Numbered from the whole stretch's first letter, positions 12,905 through 26,299 are shown. The stretch: DNA of 62,867 nt, filler included, from Octopus bimaculoides (GCF_001194135.2; 6 parts of 6 records of this genome joined end to end with filler, not necessarily neighbours in it), one strand, 5' to 3'. Notes: generated by a model not told the origin, from the sequence alone. Program-made: numbers and translations.

Positions 12905-13514
12905 TTTACTGTGTGGTAAGCAGCTTGCTTTCCAACCACATGGCTCCTGGTTCAGTCCCACTTGGGCAAGTGTCGTCTACTATAGCCTCGGGATGACCAA
13001 AGCCTTGTAAGTAGATTTGGTAGACAGAAACTGAAAGAAGCCCGTCGTATATATGTATANNNNNNNNNNNNNNNNNNNNNNNNNNNNNNNNNNNNNNNNN
13101 NNNNNNNNNNNNNNNNNNNNNNNNNNNNNNNNNNNNNNNNNNNNNNNNNNNNNNNNNNNNNNNNNNNNNNNNNNNNNNNNNNNNNNNNNNNNNNNNNNNN
13201 NNNNNNNNNNNNNNNNNNNNNNNNNNNNNNNNNNNNNNNNNNNNNNNNNNNNNNNTATACATATATGTATGTGTGTTTATGTGTTTGTGTTTGTCCCCCC
13301 ACCATCGCTTGACAACCGATGCTGGTGTGTTTACGTCCCCGTAACTTAGCGGTTCGGCAAAAAGAGACCGATAGAATAAGTACTAGGCTTACAAAGAATA
13401 AGTCCTGGGGTCGATTTGCTCGAGTTAAGGCGGTGCTCTAGCTGGCCGCAGTCAAATAACTGAAACAAGTAAAAGAGTAAAAGAGAGTAAAAGAATAAAA
13501 GAGAGTAAAGAGTA
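12905..13514 (+). mobile_element. SINE family A, spans an N-gap; expanded (GTAAAAGA)n-like tail
   Basis: Head gtgtggtaagcagcttgc...ggttcagtccc, core cttgggcaagtgtc, 3' body, repeated gtaaaaga tail. Confidence 0.9.
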
Positions 13515-14086
13515 CAGTTTAATTTTCTTTTTTTGGCCATTTATATTGCTCATCTTCCGTTACATATTATTTACACCATGCACGGCTGATACTTTACACT
13601 ATTCAAAGCTTGGAAAATATATATTAATATACAGCCATTTATGTATCATACTTAATGTAAATATATAGCAGTAGGCAAAATTTACTGCGGTATTGGTCCA
13701 GAGGTATCTCTTATGAACGTGATGAAGATATGTATATATCGGTGGTCGACGGAACACGCTCCCCGATGAGTTGAATGAGAAGGCTACATCCATTTCTACT
13801 TCGATGGACATCATCAATAACGTGTACTCACAGCCAGCATGCAGTACATGAATGGCTATTTTAATCTAATACTAATTCGTTTGCATATAACAAATATACC
13901 TGTATATACATATAGGTGGTAATTGCTTCATCTTTACCGCTCTCTGAGGTTCCTAGTTGTCAATGGAATAACTAATACTGTCTGAGACCTCTTAGATAAC
14001 TATTCACTTCCGCTGCAGCTCTGCATGCTTTGAAACATAGGTGGACTCACGAAAGTTGTAACTTTTATTCCATTGGATCGATCGGA

Positions 14087-14397
14087 TCACTCTGTGCGAT
14101 TTGATCCTGATGAACCTCCATCTGTCTTTTCAGTTCCGAAATCGACTTGCGAACCCTTCCACTCCCTACATACGTCGAAGCACCAGGTCGAAGAGGAAGG
14201 ACATTTCATACAGTTGACCTTACATGGGACTTCACAAATATGTATACTACCACATATTTCATACGTCCAGCATTTTATCGTTTCATTGACGTTCTGATGA
14301 CAGCGATGTAGGCATTCGAGTTCATGGTAGCCCTCTTCAAAAGTTTCGCAACTTCCCATTATACATACATACATACATACATACATACATACACACA

Positions 14398-14428
<31 letters not shown>

Positions 14429-14535
14429 GTAATACATTGTATTGTTTCACACCCGCGACGGAGCGATGCAGGAATGGTCGAAACGCTCGTTTTGATAAAT
14501 AAAGTTTCCAATATACTCCATCTTCCGTATCCATT
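14087..14535 (-). pseudogene. Decayed Cys-rich EGF-like repeat fragment (MEGF/SCARF-like pattern)
   Basis: Open 91-codon frame GSCETFEEGYHELECLHRCHQNV...CEVPCKVNCMKCPSSSTWCFDVCREWKG with C-x3-C-x3-C-x2-C-x6-C-x3-C-x2-W-x-G spacing. Interrupted by an (ATGT)n array; no clean splice acceptor. Confidence 0.4.
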
Positions 14536-14596
14536 TTTTTCTACGGTATCTATCTATCTATCTATCTATTTATCTATCTATCTATATGTGCATATG

Positions 14597-14627
<31 letters not shown>

Positions 14628-14703
14628 NNNNNNNNNNNNNNNNNNNNNNNNNNNNNNNNNNNNNNNNNNNNNNNNNNNNNNNNNNNNNNNNNNNNNNNNN
14701 NNN

Positions 14704-14734
<31 letters not shown>

Positions 14735-14775
14735 TGTATATGTATATATATATGTATATATATATGCATATATAC

Positions 14776-14830
<55 letters not shown>

Positions 14831-15486
14831 TATATATATATATATATATATTTCAGAAATAGAAAGTGGAAGAGAGTGTGGGGAATGAGCTAATGAGCTT
14901 TACTTGAAGATTGAAGCATTACCGTATATACAGAAGGACTGTGATTCAGAAAAGAACCGCAATGGAGCTGTAAATAGATAGAATATAAGTAAGAAGCGAC
15001 ATCAAACTTTTATCTTAAAAAAACATATTTTAATCATACTAACGAAAATATTTCTCCTGAAATAGTTATAGAGTGAGAACAAGAGAGACGTATCGGCTTG
15101 TTAGCGGTGCATGTCTGTCTGACGGGCCAAGAATCTCGACTCCGAAATGTGTAGAAATATCGAGATTGTATTTTGAATTTCATGGTGATTTTTCTGGAGT
15201 TCTTCGACTGTACGTGGGAATAGAAGACACTTGAATGGATGTAAGGGAAGAAGGGAAAAACGGCTATCAAATTTTGCGTCGAACTGGGACTGGTTGGGTT
15301 GCTTGCATTGATTACAGTAACCAAGTTCGTGTGTTCGAATCCTACAGGCAGTTACTGATGGGTCTCCGTTTCCATTTCCCTTTTACATTTCCATATTCCT
15401 TCCGCTTCCATATTATGTTGAACTTCTTTGCTCCAGATTTCAGATGGAAATCTTGCTACTTCAGCGTCTGACACATATTCCTGATA

Positions 15487-15721
15487 CTCTTTTACTTGTT
15501 TCAGTCATTTGACTGCGGCCATGCTGAGGCACCGCCTTTAATCGAGCAAATCGACTCCAGGACTTATTCTTTGTAAGCCTAGTACTTATTCTATCGGTCT
15601 CTTTTTGCCGAACTGCTAGGTTACGGGGACGTAAACACACCAGCATCGGTTGACAAGTGAAGTTGAGGGGGACAAACACAGACACACAAACATATACACA
15701 CACAAACATATACACACACAA

Positions 15722-15770
<49 letters not shown>

Positions 15771-15933
15771 CGACGGGCTTCTTTCAGTTTCCGTCTACCA
15801 AGTCCACTCACAAGGCTTTGGTCGGCCCGAGGCTATAGTTGAAGACACTTGTCCAAGGTGCCACGCAGTGGGACTGAACCCGAAACCATGTGGTTGGTAA
15901 GCAAGCTACTTACCACACAGCCACTCCTGCGCC
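15487..15933 (-). mobile_element. SINE family A, complete ungapped copy (~450 bp)
   Basis: Minus strand: ggcgcaggagtggctgtgtggtaag (A box), gggttcagtccc (B box), gcaccttggacaagtgtc core, internal TA/CA microsatellite, tail gaaacaagtaaaagag. Confidence 0.93.
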
Positions 15934-16035
15934 TAATTTTTCAACTGTTACTAAAATTTACTTTCATTGCTTCTGAAGAGCCTGTTATTATAGTATTGGC
16001 TCTATTTTTTATGGTTTACCTAACACTACTTGGTT

Positions 16036-16072
<37 letters not shown>

Positions 16073-16084
16073 TTCTCTTATCTC

Positions 16085-16520
16085 TTCTTTCACTACCGGC
16101 AGTCTTTGAGCCTAATGTTCTGCTTTCTTTGGCACTCATCCTTGTGTCTTACCCTCACAATTTTCTTTTCCAAGGTTGTATTAACTCTTTCAAGATCTCT
16201 TTTGAGCTTTTCAACTTCATTCTCAAGTCGTTCCCACCTTGGAACTCTATCTCAATGTTTTTCTTTGAATTTTAACCTCCGAAATTTTCACAGTAATAGA
16301 TCCTGCCCAGTAAATGAGGTCGTAGAGATCTGTTATATTTTCAACATAGATTTTCACAGTAATAGATCGTTGATCTTCTTTTCTCTTTTACGTAGTCCTC
16401 TTTCAATACCTCTTTCAATACCTGTCAAGCTCTTTCTTTCGCTAGTACGTGTTTCTTTTCTACGTCGTAGTAAGCACCTTTCCTCCTCTGTACCATTTTT
16501 TCCTTCCACGAAATAAATTT
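16085..16520 (-). mobile_element. Decayed R4/Dong-like (RLE) LINE, pre-RT fragment
   Basis: Peptides NITDLYDLIYWAGSIT and VPRWERLENEVEKLKRDLERV resemble the N-terminal region of R4-clade ORFs (recalled motif, not searched). Confidence 0.5.
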
Positions 16521-16925
16521 AACCCATCATCATCATCATCATCATCATCAAAAGCAACAACAGCAATTGCAGTTTTTCCTAGTAGATACCACTTCCTCCG
16601 TTTGCTTATGATAAATTTTAAAGGATTTCAATGCTTTTAAAATGAACTTTTAATAGCGATTTCCGGATAAATGAAGATATTTTACGTAATCTAAAAATCA
16701 AAAATCGATAAATTAACATTTCTATGGCTTCTTATTTATGCGATTTACAGATGGTTTACAGTTACTGAATCTATGTCTTCATCGATTTATGATAGACAAT
16801 CTAGAACGCTTTATATATCAAAATTTCACGATAAAATTTCCATGGCTAGTTCATCATAAAACCATGATTTTTAAAGTGAGTTAATGCCTTGTGGGTGATG
16901 TTCCGTAAATAGATTTTATCTTTCA

Positions 16926-17130
16926 CTTTTTACTTGAGTCAGTCATTTGACTTCGGCCATGCTGGGGCACCACCATGAAGGGATGATTTTAATCCAACAA
17001 ATTGACCCCAGGACTTATTTTTTCTCAAGCCAGGTACTTATTCTATCGGTCTCTTTTCCCGAATCGCTAGATTACGGGAACGTAAACACGCCAACACCAG
17101 TTCTCACGCGGCGTTGGGAGACAAACATAG
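16926..17130 (-). mobile_element. SINE family A, 3' half
   Basis: Matches the body and tail of the complete copies. Confidence 0.8.
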
Positions 17131-18351
17131 AAACAAGGACACGCACACATAGATATATACATATATACATAAGTACCAACGCACGAAACTCTCGGACCCT
17201 GAGTCGCTCTGTTACTTTTGTTAAATATCAATGAAAATATACATATACTCATATTCTGAGTTCTGTCTTTCTTATTTGCATCAAAAATACCTATATATAC
17301 GCACACACACACATGTATGTATATGTGTGTGTGTGCGTGAACACGACACAATGAAGTAGAGAAATTTGAAAAGACAACACGAAACCGGTTATTTCTCAAA
17401 ATACAATGTTTATATACCAAAAAGATTTTATAACATCTTTCTAACATTTTTCTAACATTTTTCTGACGTAATTTAAATATATACTTTAACCAAGTAACAC
17501 AAGCCTTCTGTAGTTTTTTCACTCTTATTATCTTTTATACATCCAACCACGTGCTTTCACATACCAACTTTCTCACCTATATATATATATANNNNNNNNN
17601 NNNNNNNNNNNNNNNNNNNNNNNNNNNNNNNNNNNNNNNNNNNNNNNNNNNNNNNNNNNNNNNNNNNNNNNNNNNNNNNNNNNNNNNNNNNNNNNNNNNN
17701 NNNNNNNNNNNNNNNNNNNNNNNNNNNNNNNNNNNNNNNNNNNNNNNNNNNNNNNNNNNNNNNNNNNNNNNNNNNNNNNNNNNNNNNNNNNNNNNNNNNN
17801 NNNNNNNNNNNNNNNNNNNNNNNNNNNNNNNNNNNNNNNNNNNNNNNNNNNNNNNNNNNNNNNNNNNNNNNAGTTAGGTGACACAAGAAAGGGACAACAA
17901 AACATCTAGATAGACGATACAAAGAAAACAAGGACGGGTCATTCGGAGTTTTCTTTCCTCAGTCGAGTTCTAGATTATCTTTGCAATTTCGGCTGGTTAT
18001 ACTCGAGATTGCTCCAATCTGGCCAGCCCCAAGGAAAAACTAAGCTAAGAGCATTAGATTTCTTGGAAGAAAGCAGCGAATATATACGAAAATAAAGACG
18101 GAAAAAACGGAGAATGTTACACAAATACAAATAACAGGACATAACAACAGGTATCTTTCGACTAAGGACGAATGGAATTAAGCTGGCGTGTGTGGAAGTA
18201 AAGCCTTACGGCAGGGATACAAGATTTCAGAGGCACAGGGAAGAATATAGATGTTGCACGAACAGCGGCCGAACCAAGAAAGAAAGGTCAGACTTGGCTG
18301 AACACGCATATATACATATATATGTACACACACAAATAAGTATACACATAA

Positions 18352-18730
18352 ATGGCATGACTGTGTGGTAAGAAGTTCGCTTGCCAACCAACTGCGTGTC
18401 TCCTTGGATAAGTGTCTTCTACTATACACTCGGGCCGACTAAAGCTTTGTGAGTAGAATTGGTAGACGGAAACTGAAAGAAGCGCATCGTTCATATATAC
18501 ATATGTGTGTGTGTGTGTTTGTGTCTGTGTGTGTATATGTATGTCTCTTTGTGTAAGGGATATGCACAGGATTCGTTGTGTATTTAAGAAGCTCACTTTA
18601 TAACCAAACAATTTGTGGTTCGGTCCCACTACGCGGCCGCATTAGTTAAGCGCTTTCTACTATAGCTCCCGGCCTATCAATGCCTTATGATTAAATTTGG
18701 TAGACGGAAACTGTGAGGAAGTTTATCGCG
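18352..18730 (+). mobile_element. Two tandem SINE family A heads (18352-18495 and a diverged one at ~18565-18730)
   Basis: Both carry ...ttctactata...ggtagacggaaactg..., followed by microsatellite. Confidence 0.7.
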
Positions 18731-18734
18731 TGTG

Positions 18735-18784
<50 letters not shown>

Positions 18785-18830
18785 TGTGTGTGTGTATTTG
18801 TGTGTGTGTGTATGTGTGTATGTGTGTGTA

Positions 18831-18863
<33 letters not shown>

Positions 18864-18991
18864 GCGTGTGTGTATGTATGCGTGAATGTGTGCACGTGCG
18901 TATGTATGCGTGTGTGTATGCGTGCCTGTGTGTATGCGTATATATGTGTGTGTGAGTGAGTGTTTGTGTGTGTGTATACGCGTGCGTGCGT

Positions 18992-19026
<35 letters not shown>

Positions 19027-19027
19027 A

Positions 19028-19063
<36 letters not shown>

Positions 19064-19185
19064 CTGTCTGTTTGTATGTNNNNNNNNNNNNNNNNNNNNN
19101 NNNNNNNNNNNNNNNNNNNNNNNNNNNNNNNNNNNNNNNNNNNNNNNNNNNNNNNNNNNNNNNNNNNNNNNNNNNNTCGCGTGTG

Positions 19186-19235
<50 letters not shown>

Positions 19236-19281
19236 TGTGTGTGTGTATTTGTGTGTGTGTGTATGTGTGTATGTGTGTGTA

Positions 19282-19314
<33 letters not shown>

Positions 19315-19442
19315 GCGTGTGTGTATGTATGCGTGAATGTGTGCACGTGCGTATGTATGCGTGTGTGTATGCGTGCCTGTGTGTATGCGTATATATGTGT
19401 GTGTGAGTGAGTGTTTGTGTGTGTGTATACGCGTGCGTGCGT

Positions 19443-19477
<35 letters not shown>

Positions 19478-19478
19478 A

Positions 19479-19514
<36 letters not shown>

Positions 19515-20179
19515 CTGTCTGTTTGTATGTTCGTTTTCTCTCTTCTGTCTACATTTTTACTTCATGTACTCTTTATCAGTCCCCGTTTCTATCTGAAAAC
19601 CACCTCCCACACACGTTTCTACCATCTTACTTTCTTACTGCCGTATCTCCCGTCACTCTCCTATATGTCTTTTCAGCTATCTCTCCCTCCCTCTCTCTTT
19701 CTTTCTTTCTTTCTCTCTCTCTCTCTCTGTCTCTTTCTTATTGTCACTCTCTCTCTCTCTCTTTCTTTCTATTACCACATAACTTTTCTTCTCATGAGCC
19801 GGTTTCAGCTGACGTGTCTAACTTCGTTAATATAGTTCAATATCTATTTTGTGCACTAGGTGGCGCAAGATAGGTGAGGAAAAAAAAAAGTCCACACGTA
19901 CAGGTCTTTAGTAAACACAATACACAAAGTTATCAGTCTCCAACGGAGCATGTTGTTCTGCTGATGCGCTTGCATTCACTCCATAACTGCACAAACGGTT
20001 TTTGCTGTTGTTCTTTCTTTCGGTTCTTTTTTCTTTTGTTTTTTTCTTGTGTTTTTTTTTTAATATATATATGCATTTTTGCACCATTGAAAACAACACC
20101 AACTGCAAATGTGAGCCTCGGCATGATACTATAGAAAACTGCATTCGTAAAGTACTTTGAACTATCACGACTTCTCCGA

Positions 20180-20202
20180 GAGTAGTAGTAGTAGTTTTAG
20201 TC

Positions 20203-20292
<90 letters not shown>

Positions 20293-20510
20293 GTAGTAAC
20301 AATTAAAATGATACTAAACACTACATCTTCAATTGTAGTCGTCGTCATTATCATCATCATCGTCATCATCATCATCATCGTCGTCATCATCATCATCATC
20401 ATCATCATCATATCATCATCGTTATCATCATCATCGTCTGTCATCGCTAGCGTCATTGTCATCACACTACAGTGCCTATTCCTTTCATCACCAGCCGTCA
20501 TCGTCAGCAT
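20180..20510. repeat. (AGT)n and (ATC)n trinucleotide microsatellites
   Basis: Source of the poly-T, poly-M and poly-I ORFs in the track. Confidence 0.95.
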
Positions 20511-21422
20511 NNNNNNNNNNNNNNNNNNNNNNNNNNNNNNNNNNNNNNNNNNNNTTAATTAATTAANNNNNNNNNNNNNNNNNNNNNNNNNNNNNNNNNN
20601 NNNNNNNNNNGAATATGGTACTTATGCGAAGGCACCCGAAGATTGCTCTTCATATTGCATTTAAGGTAATGCTCACATTACTTAAATAAATTGAAGTAGC
20701 ATGAAACGTGCGTACTGCAATCACTTTTGAAATCCGTGTTACTTATTATTTGATATATATATATATATACATTCATTCTAGATTAAATATTTTCTAAGTT
20801 GTAAGTGTATTTTCAGAAGTATGATAATATATAATACACACACACATACACACACTCATGTAATAGATACTTCGCAAAAACGTGTAAGTACAAACTTACA
20901 TATTCACTGACATACGTTTGTACATACATACTCACATATATACCTCCATATTTGCGTACATACATACATCTGGTACCAATTAATTTCCCATTAATACCTG
21001 TTTACCAGTCGTATATTCCTCAACTGAGTCAAGTGTATTCAACTTAATCAACGTCAACAACAACAACAACAACAACAACAACAGCATTGACAGCCATGAC
21101 ATAAATTATAAATTATATTCAATATATATTTGATGTCAGATCTTTATTGATTTACAAATGTAGACGTTTCATTATTTGGTTCTCATTAAAATTCCGTGGT
21201 CAAATGAAATTTGCGCGCGTTTGTGTGTGTGTGTGTGTGTATGTGTGTGTGTGTGTGTGTGTGTGTATTTGTGCGTGTGCGTATGTATGTGTGTGCGTGT
21301 ACGTGCGTCAGAGTGAGTATTTATGTGCGTGTGTTTGCGTGTGTAAAGGTATGCGCATATATATATCTTATATATGATATCGGATCATATGATATTCATA
21401 TATATATATATTGTATTCATAT

Positions 21423-21453
<31 letters not shown>

Positions 21454-22212
21454 TATTATATATATATATATTATATATATATATATTGTATTCATATATG
21501 TATATATATATATATTTATATATATATATATATTATATATATTATATATATATATATTATAGTATNNNNNNNNNNNNNNNNNNNNNNNNNNNNNNNNNNN
21601 NNNNNNNNNNNNNNNNNNNNNNNNNNNNNNNNNNNNNNNNNNNNNNNNNNNNNNNNNNNNNNNNNNNNNNNNNNNNNNNNNNNNNNNNNNNNNNNNNNNN
21701 NNNNNNNNNNNNNNNNNNNNNNNNNNNNNNNNNNNNNNNNNNNNNNNNNNNNNNNNNNNNNNNNNNNNNNNNNNNNNNNNNNNNNNNNNNNNNNNNNNNN
21801 NNNNNNNNNNNNNNNNNNNNNNNNNNNNNNNNNNNNNNNNNNNNNNNNNNNNNNNNNNNNNNNNNNNNNNNNNNNNNNNNNNNNNNNNNNNNNNNNNNNN
21901 NNNNNNNNNNNNNNNNNNNNNNNNNNNNNNNNNNNNNNNNNNNNNNNNNNNNNNNNNNNNNNNNNNNNNNNNNNNNNNNNNNNNNNNNNNNNNNNNNNNN
22001 NNNNNNNNNNNNNNNNNNNNNNNNNNNNNNNNNNNNNNNNNNNNNNNNNNNNNNNNNNNNNNNNNNNNNNNNNNNNNNNNNNNNNNNNNNNNNNNNNNNN
22101 NNNNNNNNNNNNNNNNNNNNNNNNNNNNNNNNNNNNNNNNNNNNNNNNNNNNNNNNNNNNNNNNNNNNNNNNNNNNNNNNNNNNNNNNNNNNNNNNNNNN
22201 NNNNNNNNNNNN

Positions 22213-22257
<45 letters not shown>

Positions 22258-22842
22258 ATATACACATGCATATGCATGTATACATATATACCCATGTAGG
22301 CTACACATAAAATAGTGCGTAAATGGAATCATGTTAAACATATTTGCTCATACACGACAGCAGACTTACATGCATACATATATGCATGCATACATGCACA
22401 AATACATACAAACGTACAGGCATACATACATACATATTACACACATACATAAGACATACACATACATAATACGTACATACATGCAAACATACAATCATAC
22501 ATATACGAACAAACATACATACATACATACGTACGTACATACATACATGCATTCATACATACATGCATACATGCATACATACATACATACATACATACAT
22601 ACATACATACATACGTAAGCACACGAGTACACACACGTAGGCCGAATGCTATAAACTCCTTTATTATGGATCTGCACGTGTAATACGGTCTCTCTGAGTG
22701 TTGTACATAAAACAGGTATGAAAGCGGTAATTAGGTTACAGGTTTTAAAGGTACACTTAAATTACAACTTGATATGATTTATTTAAAAATAATAATAACA
22801 ACAATAATATTAATAACATTGATGATGACGACGACGATAATG

Positions 22843-22844
<2 letters not shown>

Positions 22845-22921
<77 letters not shown>

Positions 22922-22925
22922 TAAT
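22845..22925. repeat. (AAT)n microsatellite
   Basis: Direct trinucleotide array. Confidence 0.95.
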
Positions 22926-23386
22926 AAAGAAATGCAAAATGCCGTCTTTCAGATATTTGACATACAAATTAGGCGATATGTGAAAACGTCAAAAGTTTAT
23001 ATATGTATAAGGAAAAANNNNNNNNNNNNNNNNNNNNNNNNNNNNNNNNNNNNNNNNNNNNNNNNNNNNNNNNNNNNNNNNNNNNNNNNNNNNNNNNNNN
23101 NNNNNNNNNNNNNNNNNNNNNNNNNNNNNNNNNNNNNNNNNNNNNNNNNNNNNNNNNNNNNNNNNNNNNNNNNNNNNNNNNNNNNNNNNNNNNNNNNNNN
23201 NNNNNNNNNNNNNNNNNNNNNNNNNNNNNNNNNNNNNNNNNNNNNNNNNNNNNNNNNNNNNNNNNNNNNNNNNNNNNNNNNNNNNNNNNNNNNNNNNNNN
23301 NNNNNNNNNNNNNNNNNNNNNNNNNNNNNNNNNNNNNNNNNNNNNNNNNNNNNNNNNNNNNNNNNNNNNNNNNNNNNNNNNNNNNN

Positions 23387-23424
<38 letters not shown>

Positions 23425-23859
23425 TATATATGCTTACTTATATATATATGTGTGTGTGATGGGGTTACTTTATTGATGTAATTATTATGTTAAGAAATAT
23501 ATATATATATATATACATGTTCATATATATATATATTCTAATATGTATGTATATATGTATGTATGTATGTATGTTGGATATGTACGTGTGTGTATGTATG
23601 TCGGTGTGCGTGTGTGTATGTGCATGTGTCTTAGCAATTATTACTTAAATACGTTTAAAACTTACACATATCTGTGTATATACGTCAGCGCGTTTTCATA
23701 TTGGTATTCCCATAATGAAAATATTTACAGAGGTGAATAAAGTTTCAAGCCATAAATATAACGCGTGTGTGTGTGCGTAAGCATGATTATGTATAACTGT
23801 ATGTGTGCGTATACTTACATACATGTGTGTACATAAACCTGTATATGTATGTATATAAG

Positions 23860-23894
<35 letters not shown>

Positions 23895-24103
23895 GTATAT
23901 ATATTTATATATATACATACATATACATATATATGTATACCTTTACACACGTATATAAATATATATATAGATGTGTATATCTACGTATATACATGCAAAC
24001 ACACATGCATACATTCACACATACATACACACACACACACACACGCACACACACACACATATATATATACAGGCATACATACATACATATATGTACATAT
24101 ATG

Positions 24104-24187
<84 letters not shown>

Positions 24188-24639
24188 GTATATATGTGTA
24201 TATATATTATGTATGTATATTCCACAGGTACACAACATATAGTTGTGCGCAAACAGAAGTGTGTGTAGGACGGTGCGTGTAGGTGTATGATTTGCTGCCC
24301 TACCTTAATTATACACCCAAACTAAATAAATACGTGCGCCATTTCTTGAATCTAACCCCACCACTAACAACTCCATAATTATTTCCATTTCTGCATTCAC
24401 GTGCTTCCATACATTTACTGCATAGTACTACACACGCACGCACGCACGCATACGCACACATGCTTAAATGCCCACGTATATGTATATATACACATTAACG
24501 AATGTGTAGACAAAGTCAGACCAGCACACACACACACGCATACACATATTTGCATGGATTACTAGAATACTAATATGACGTTTTATGTGGTTGAATATGC
24601 TTATCGTGTTACATCCCTGTATTTAATCAAGATATTACA

Positions 24640-25213
24640 GGCGCAGGCATAGCCTAATGGTTAAGAAATTCACTTTGCAATCGCTTGGTTTCGGGTTCCG
24701 TCCCATTACACGCACCTTGTTACCTTAGACAAGCGTCTTCTACTATAATCCTTTCTACTATAGGTAGAACGCCTGAAATTTTGGGGAAGGGGACCAGTCA
24801 ATCACATCGACCCCAGTGTTTCACTGGTACTTAGTTTATCGACTCAGAAAGGATGAAAAGTAAAGACAACCTCGGCGAAATTTGAAGGCGTTTTCTACCA
24901 TAGCCACGAACAGACCAAAGCCTTGTGAGTAGATTTAGTTGACGGAAACCGAAAGAAGCCCGTCGTATATATATGTATATATATATGTATGTGTGTATAT
25001 GTTGTGTATATGTTGTGTATCTGTGTTTGTCCCACCACCATCGCTTGACAACCGATGCTGGTGTGTTTAGGTCCCCGTAACTTAGCAGTTCGGCAAAAAG
25101 AGACTGATAGAATAAGTACTAGGCTTACAAAGAATAAGTCCTGGGGTCGATTTGATTCGACTAAAGGCGGTGCTCCAGCATGGCCGCAGTCAAATGACTG
25201 AAACAGGTGAAAG
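24640..25213 (+). mobile_element. SINE family A containing a nested SINE B fragment
   Basis: A head 24640-24747; A resumes at 24888 through body and tail. Confidence 0.88.
24748..24887 (-). mobile_element. SINE family B, 5'-truncated, nested in SINE A
   Basis: Matches B body and tail. Flanked by a 15-bp TSD, gcgtcttctactata / gcgttttctaccata (13/15). Confidence 0.8.
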
Positions 25214-25939
25214 AAAAAAAGAAAGAAAGCGAAGAGGAGGAATGGTTGACCAAAAGGCTTAGTTCTAGTTTTTTAACATCTTGGAAAAGCGTAAAGAGTA
25301 GCGGTGCATTCAAAGCCCACAGGAATTCTTTCCTGGGAGCATGAAACAGATGGAATCCCACTGAAAGTATCGAAGGGCCAGGTGAAAGGGATATTGAGCC
25401 GAGTGGTGTGATGTGTCAGATCCCATGATATTTTAGGAAATGCTAAATTGTTAGCGACCAAATAAATGATCAAAGGCTTACCAGTCGTGACCATCTCGTC
25501 TTTTATTCAAATATATTGTGATCAGGATATTTTTATCCAGTGTAGCTCTACTTCTTTTAAGAAGTTAGAATGCAAACTAAGAAATAGTTGACTGCTATTT
25601 TTAGCTAATCAAGTTACTATGAAATGGCGCCCTCTTTATCTCGTGCCAAACTGTATTAGAACCATGTTATCACTGTTCCCTATATGGTCAAATTTGTTTT
25701 CAATTTGTATTATTTTTTTGTTTTTGTTTTTATTGCATGATCAGAGAGGGTAATGCAACATATGTGGCCCTAATCAGGGCCTCAGGATATGTAAGAAAGA
25801 AAAGCAGTTAATTTCAAACTAGAAACTGGGCCGGATACTTGCAACAGAGTAGACTCCGTCGAGAGCGCCAAGTCCCCAGGCGGTAGTATTTTAGGCGACG
25901 GGTTAATTCCAACAACCCAAAAGAGGAGCAGTTCCGCTG

Positions 25940-26095
25940 AAAGACTTCCACACAGTTTTCCGTCAATTTATTTTACTTATAAGACTTTCCTCGACCTGAG
26001 GCTATTGATGAAGACAAAAAAAACCCAAAGTGCAGCGCAGAGGAATTGAACAGAAAACCACTTACTTGTAAAACGATGTTCTTAACCAGAATGTC
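25940..26095 (-). mobile_element. Decayed SINE family A head
   Basis: Weak match: cagttttccgtc...cctgaggctattgatgaagac...aaagtgcagcgcagaggaattgaac. Confidence 0.55.
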
Positions 26096-26299
26096 ATCGA
26101 CAGTTCCTTTATGACTTGTGTTCATTAAAGATTTAAATTTAGATAAATAGATTCATTACCAAAACAGTTTATTTTCAATAAATTGGATGGGTTGTCCATA
26201 TGAATACTAACTAATACAGATCGAAGGTTAGTTAAGCCATCATCTATCATATTCACTGCCAAACAAACATATTCCTGTTGGTTAGACAAATGTCATAGA

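Noticed and set aside
17930-17970. Minus-strand CTGAGGA...GAAT motif
   Set aside because: No stem II pairing and GAAA is absent.
18727-19529. ~350-bp direct duplication either side of a gap
   Set aside because: Identical copies flanking an N-run point to unmerged overlapping contig ends.
20511-20610. TTAATTAATTAA centred in 100-bp N blocks (also 32901, 41844, 60016, 61537)
   Set aside because: An identical 44N+12+44N layout with stops in all six frames indicates an artificial scaffolding linker, not biology.
25230-25520. Possible RTE-like RT fragment (TDGIPLKVSK)
   Set aside because: A single short motif with no corroborating downstream domains.
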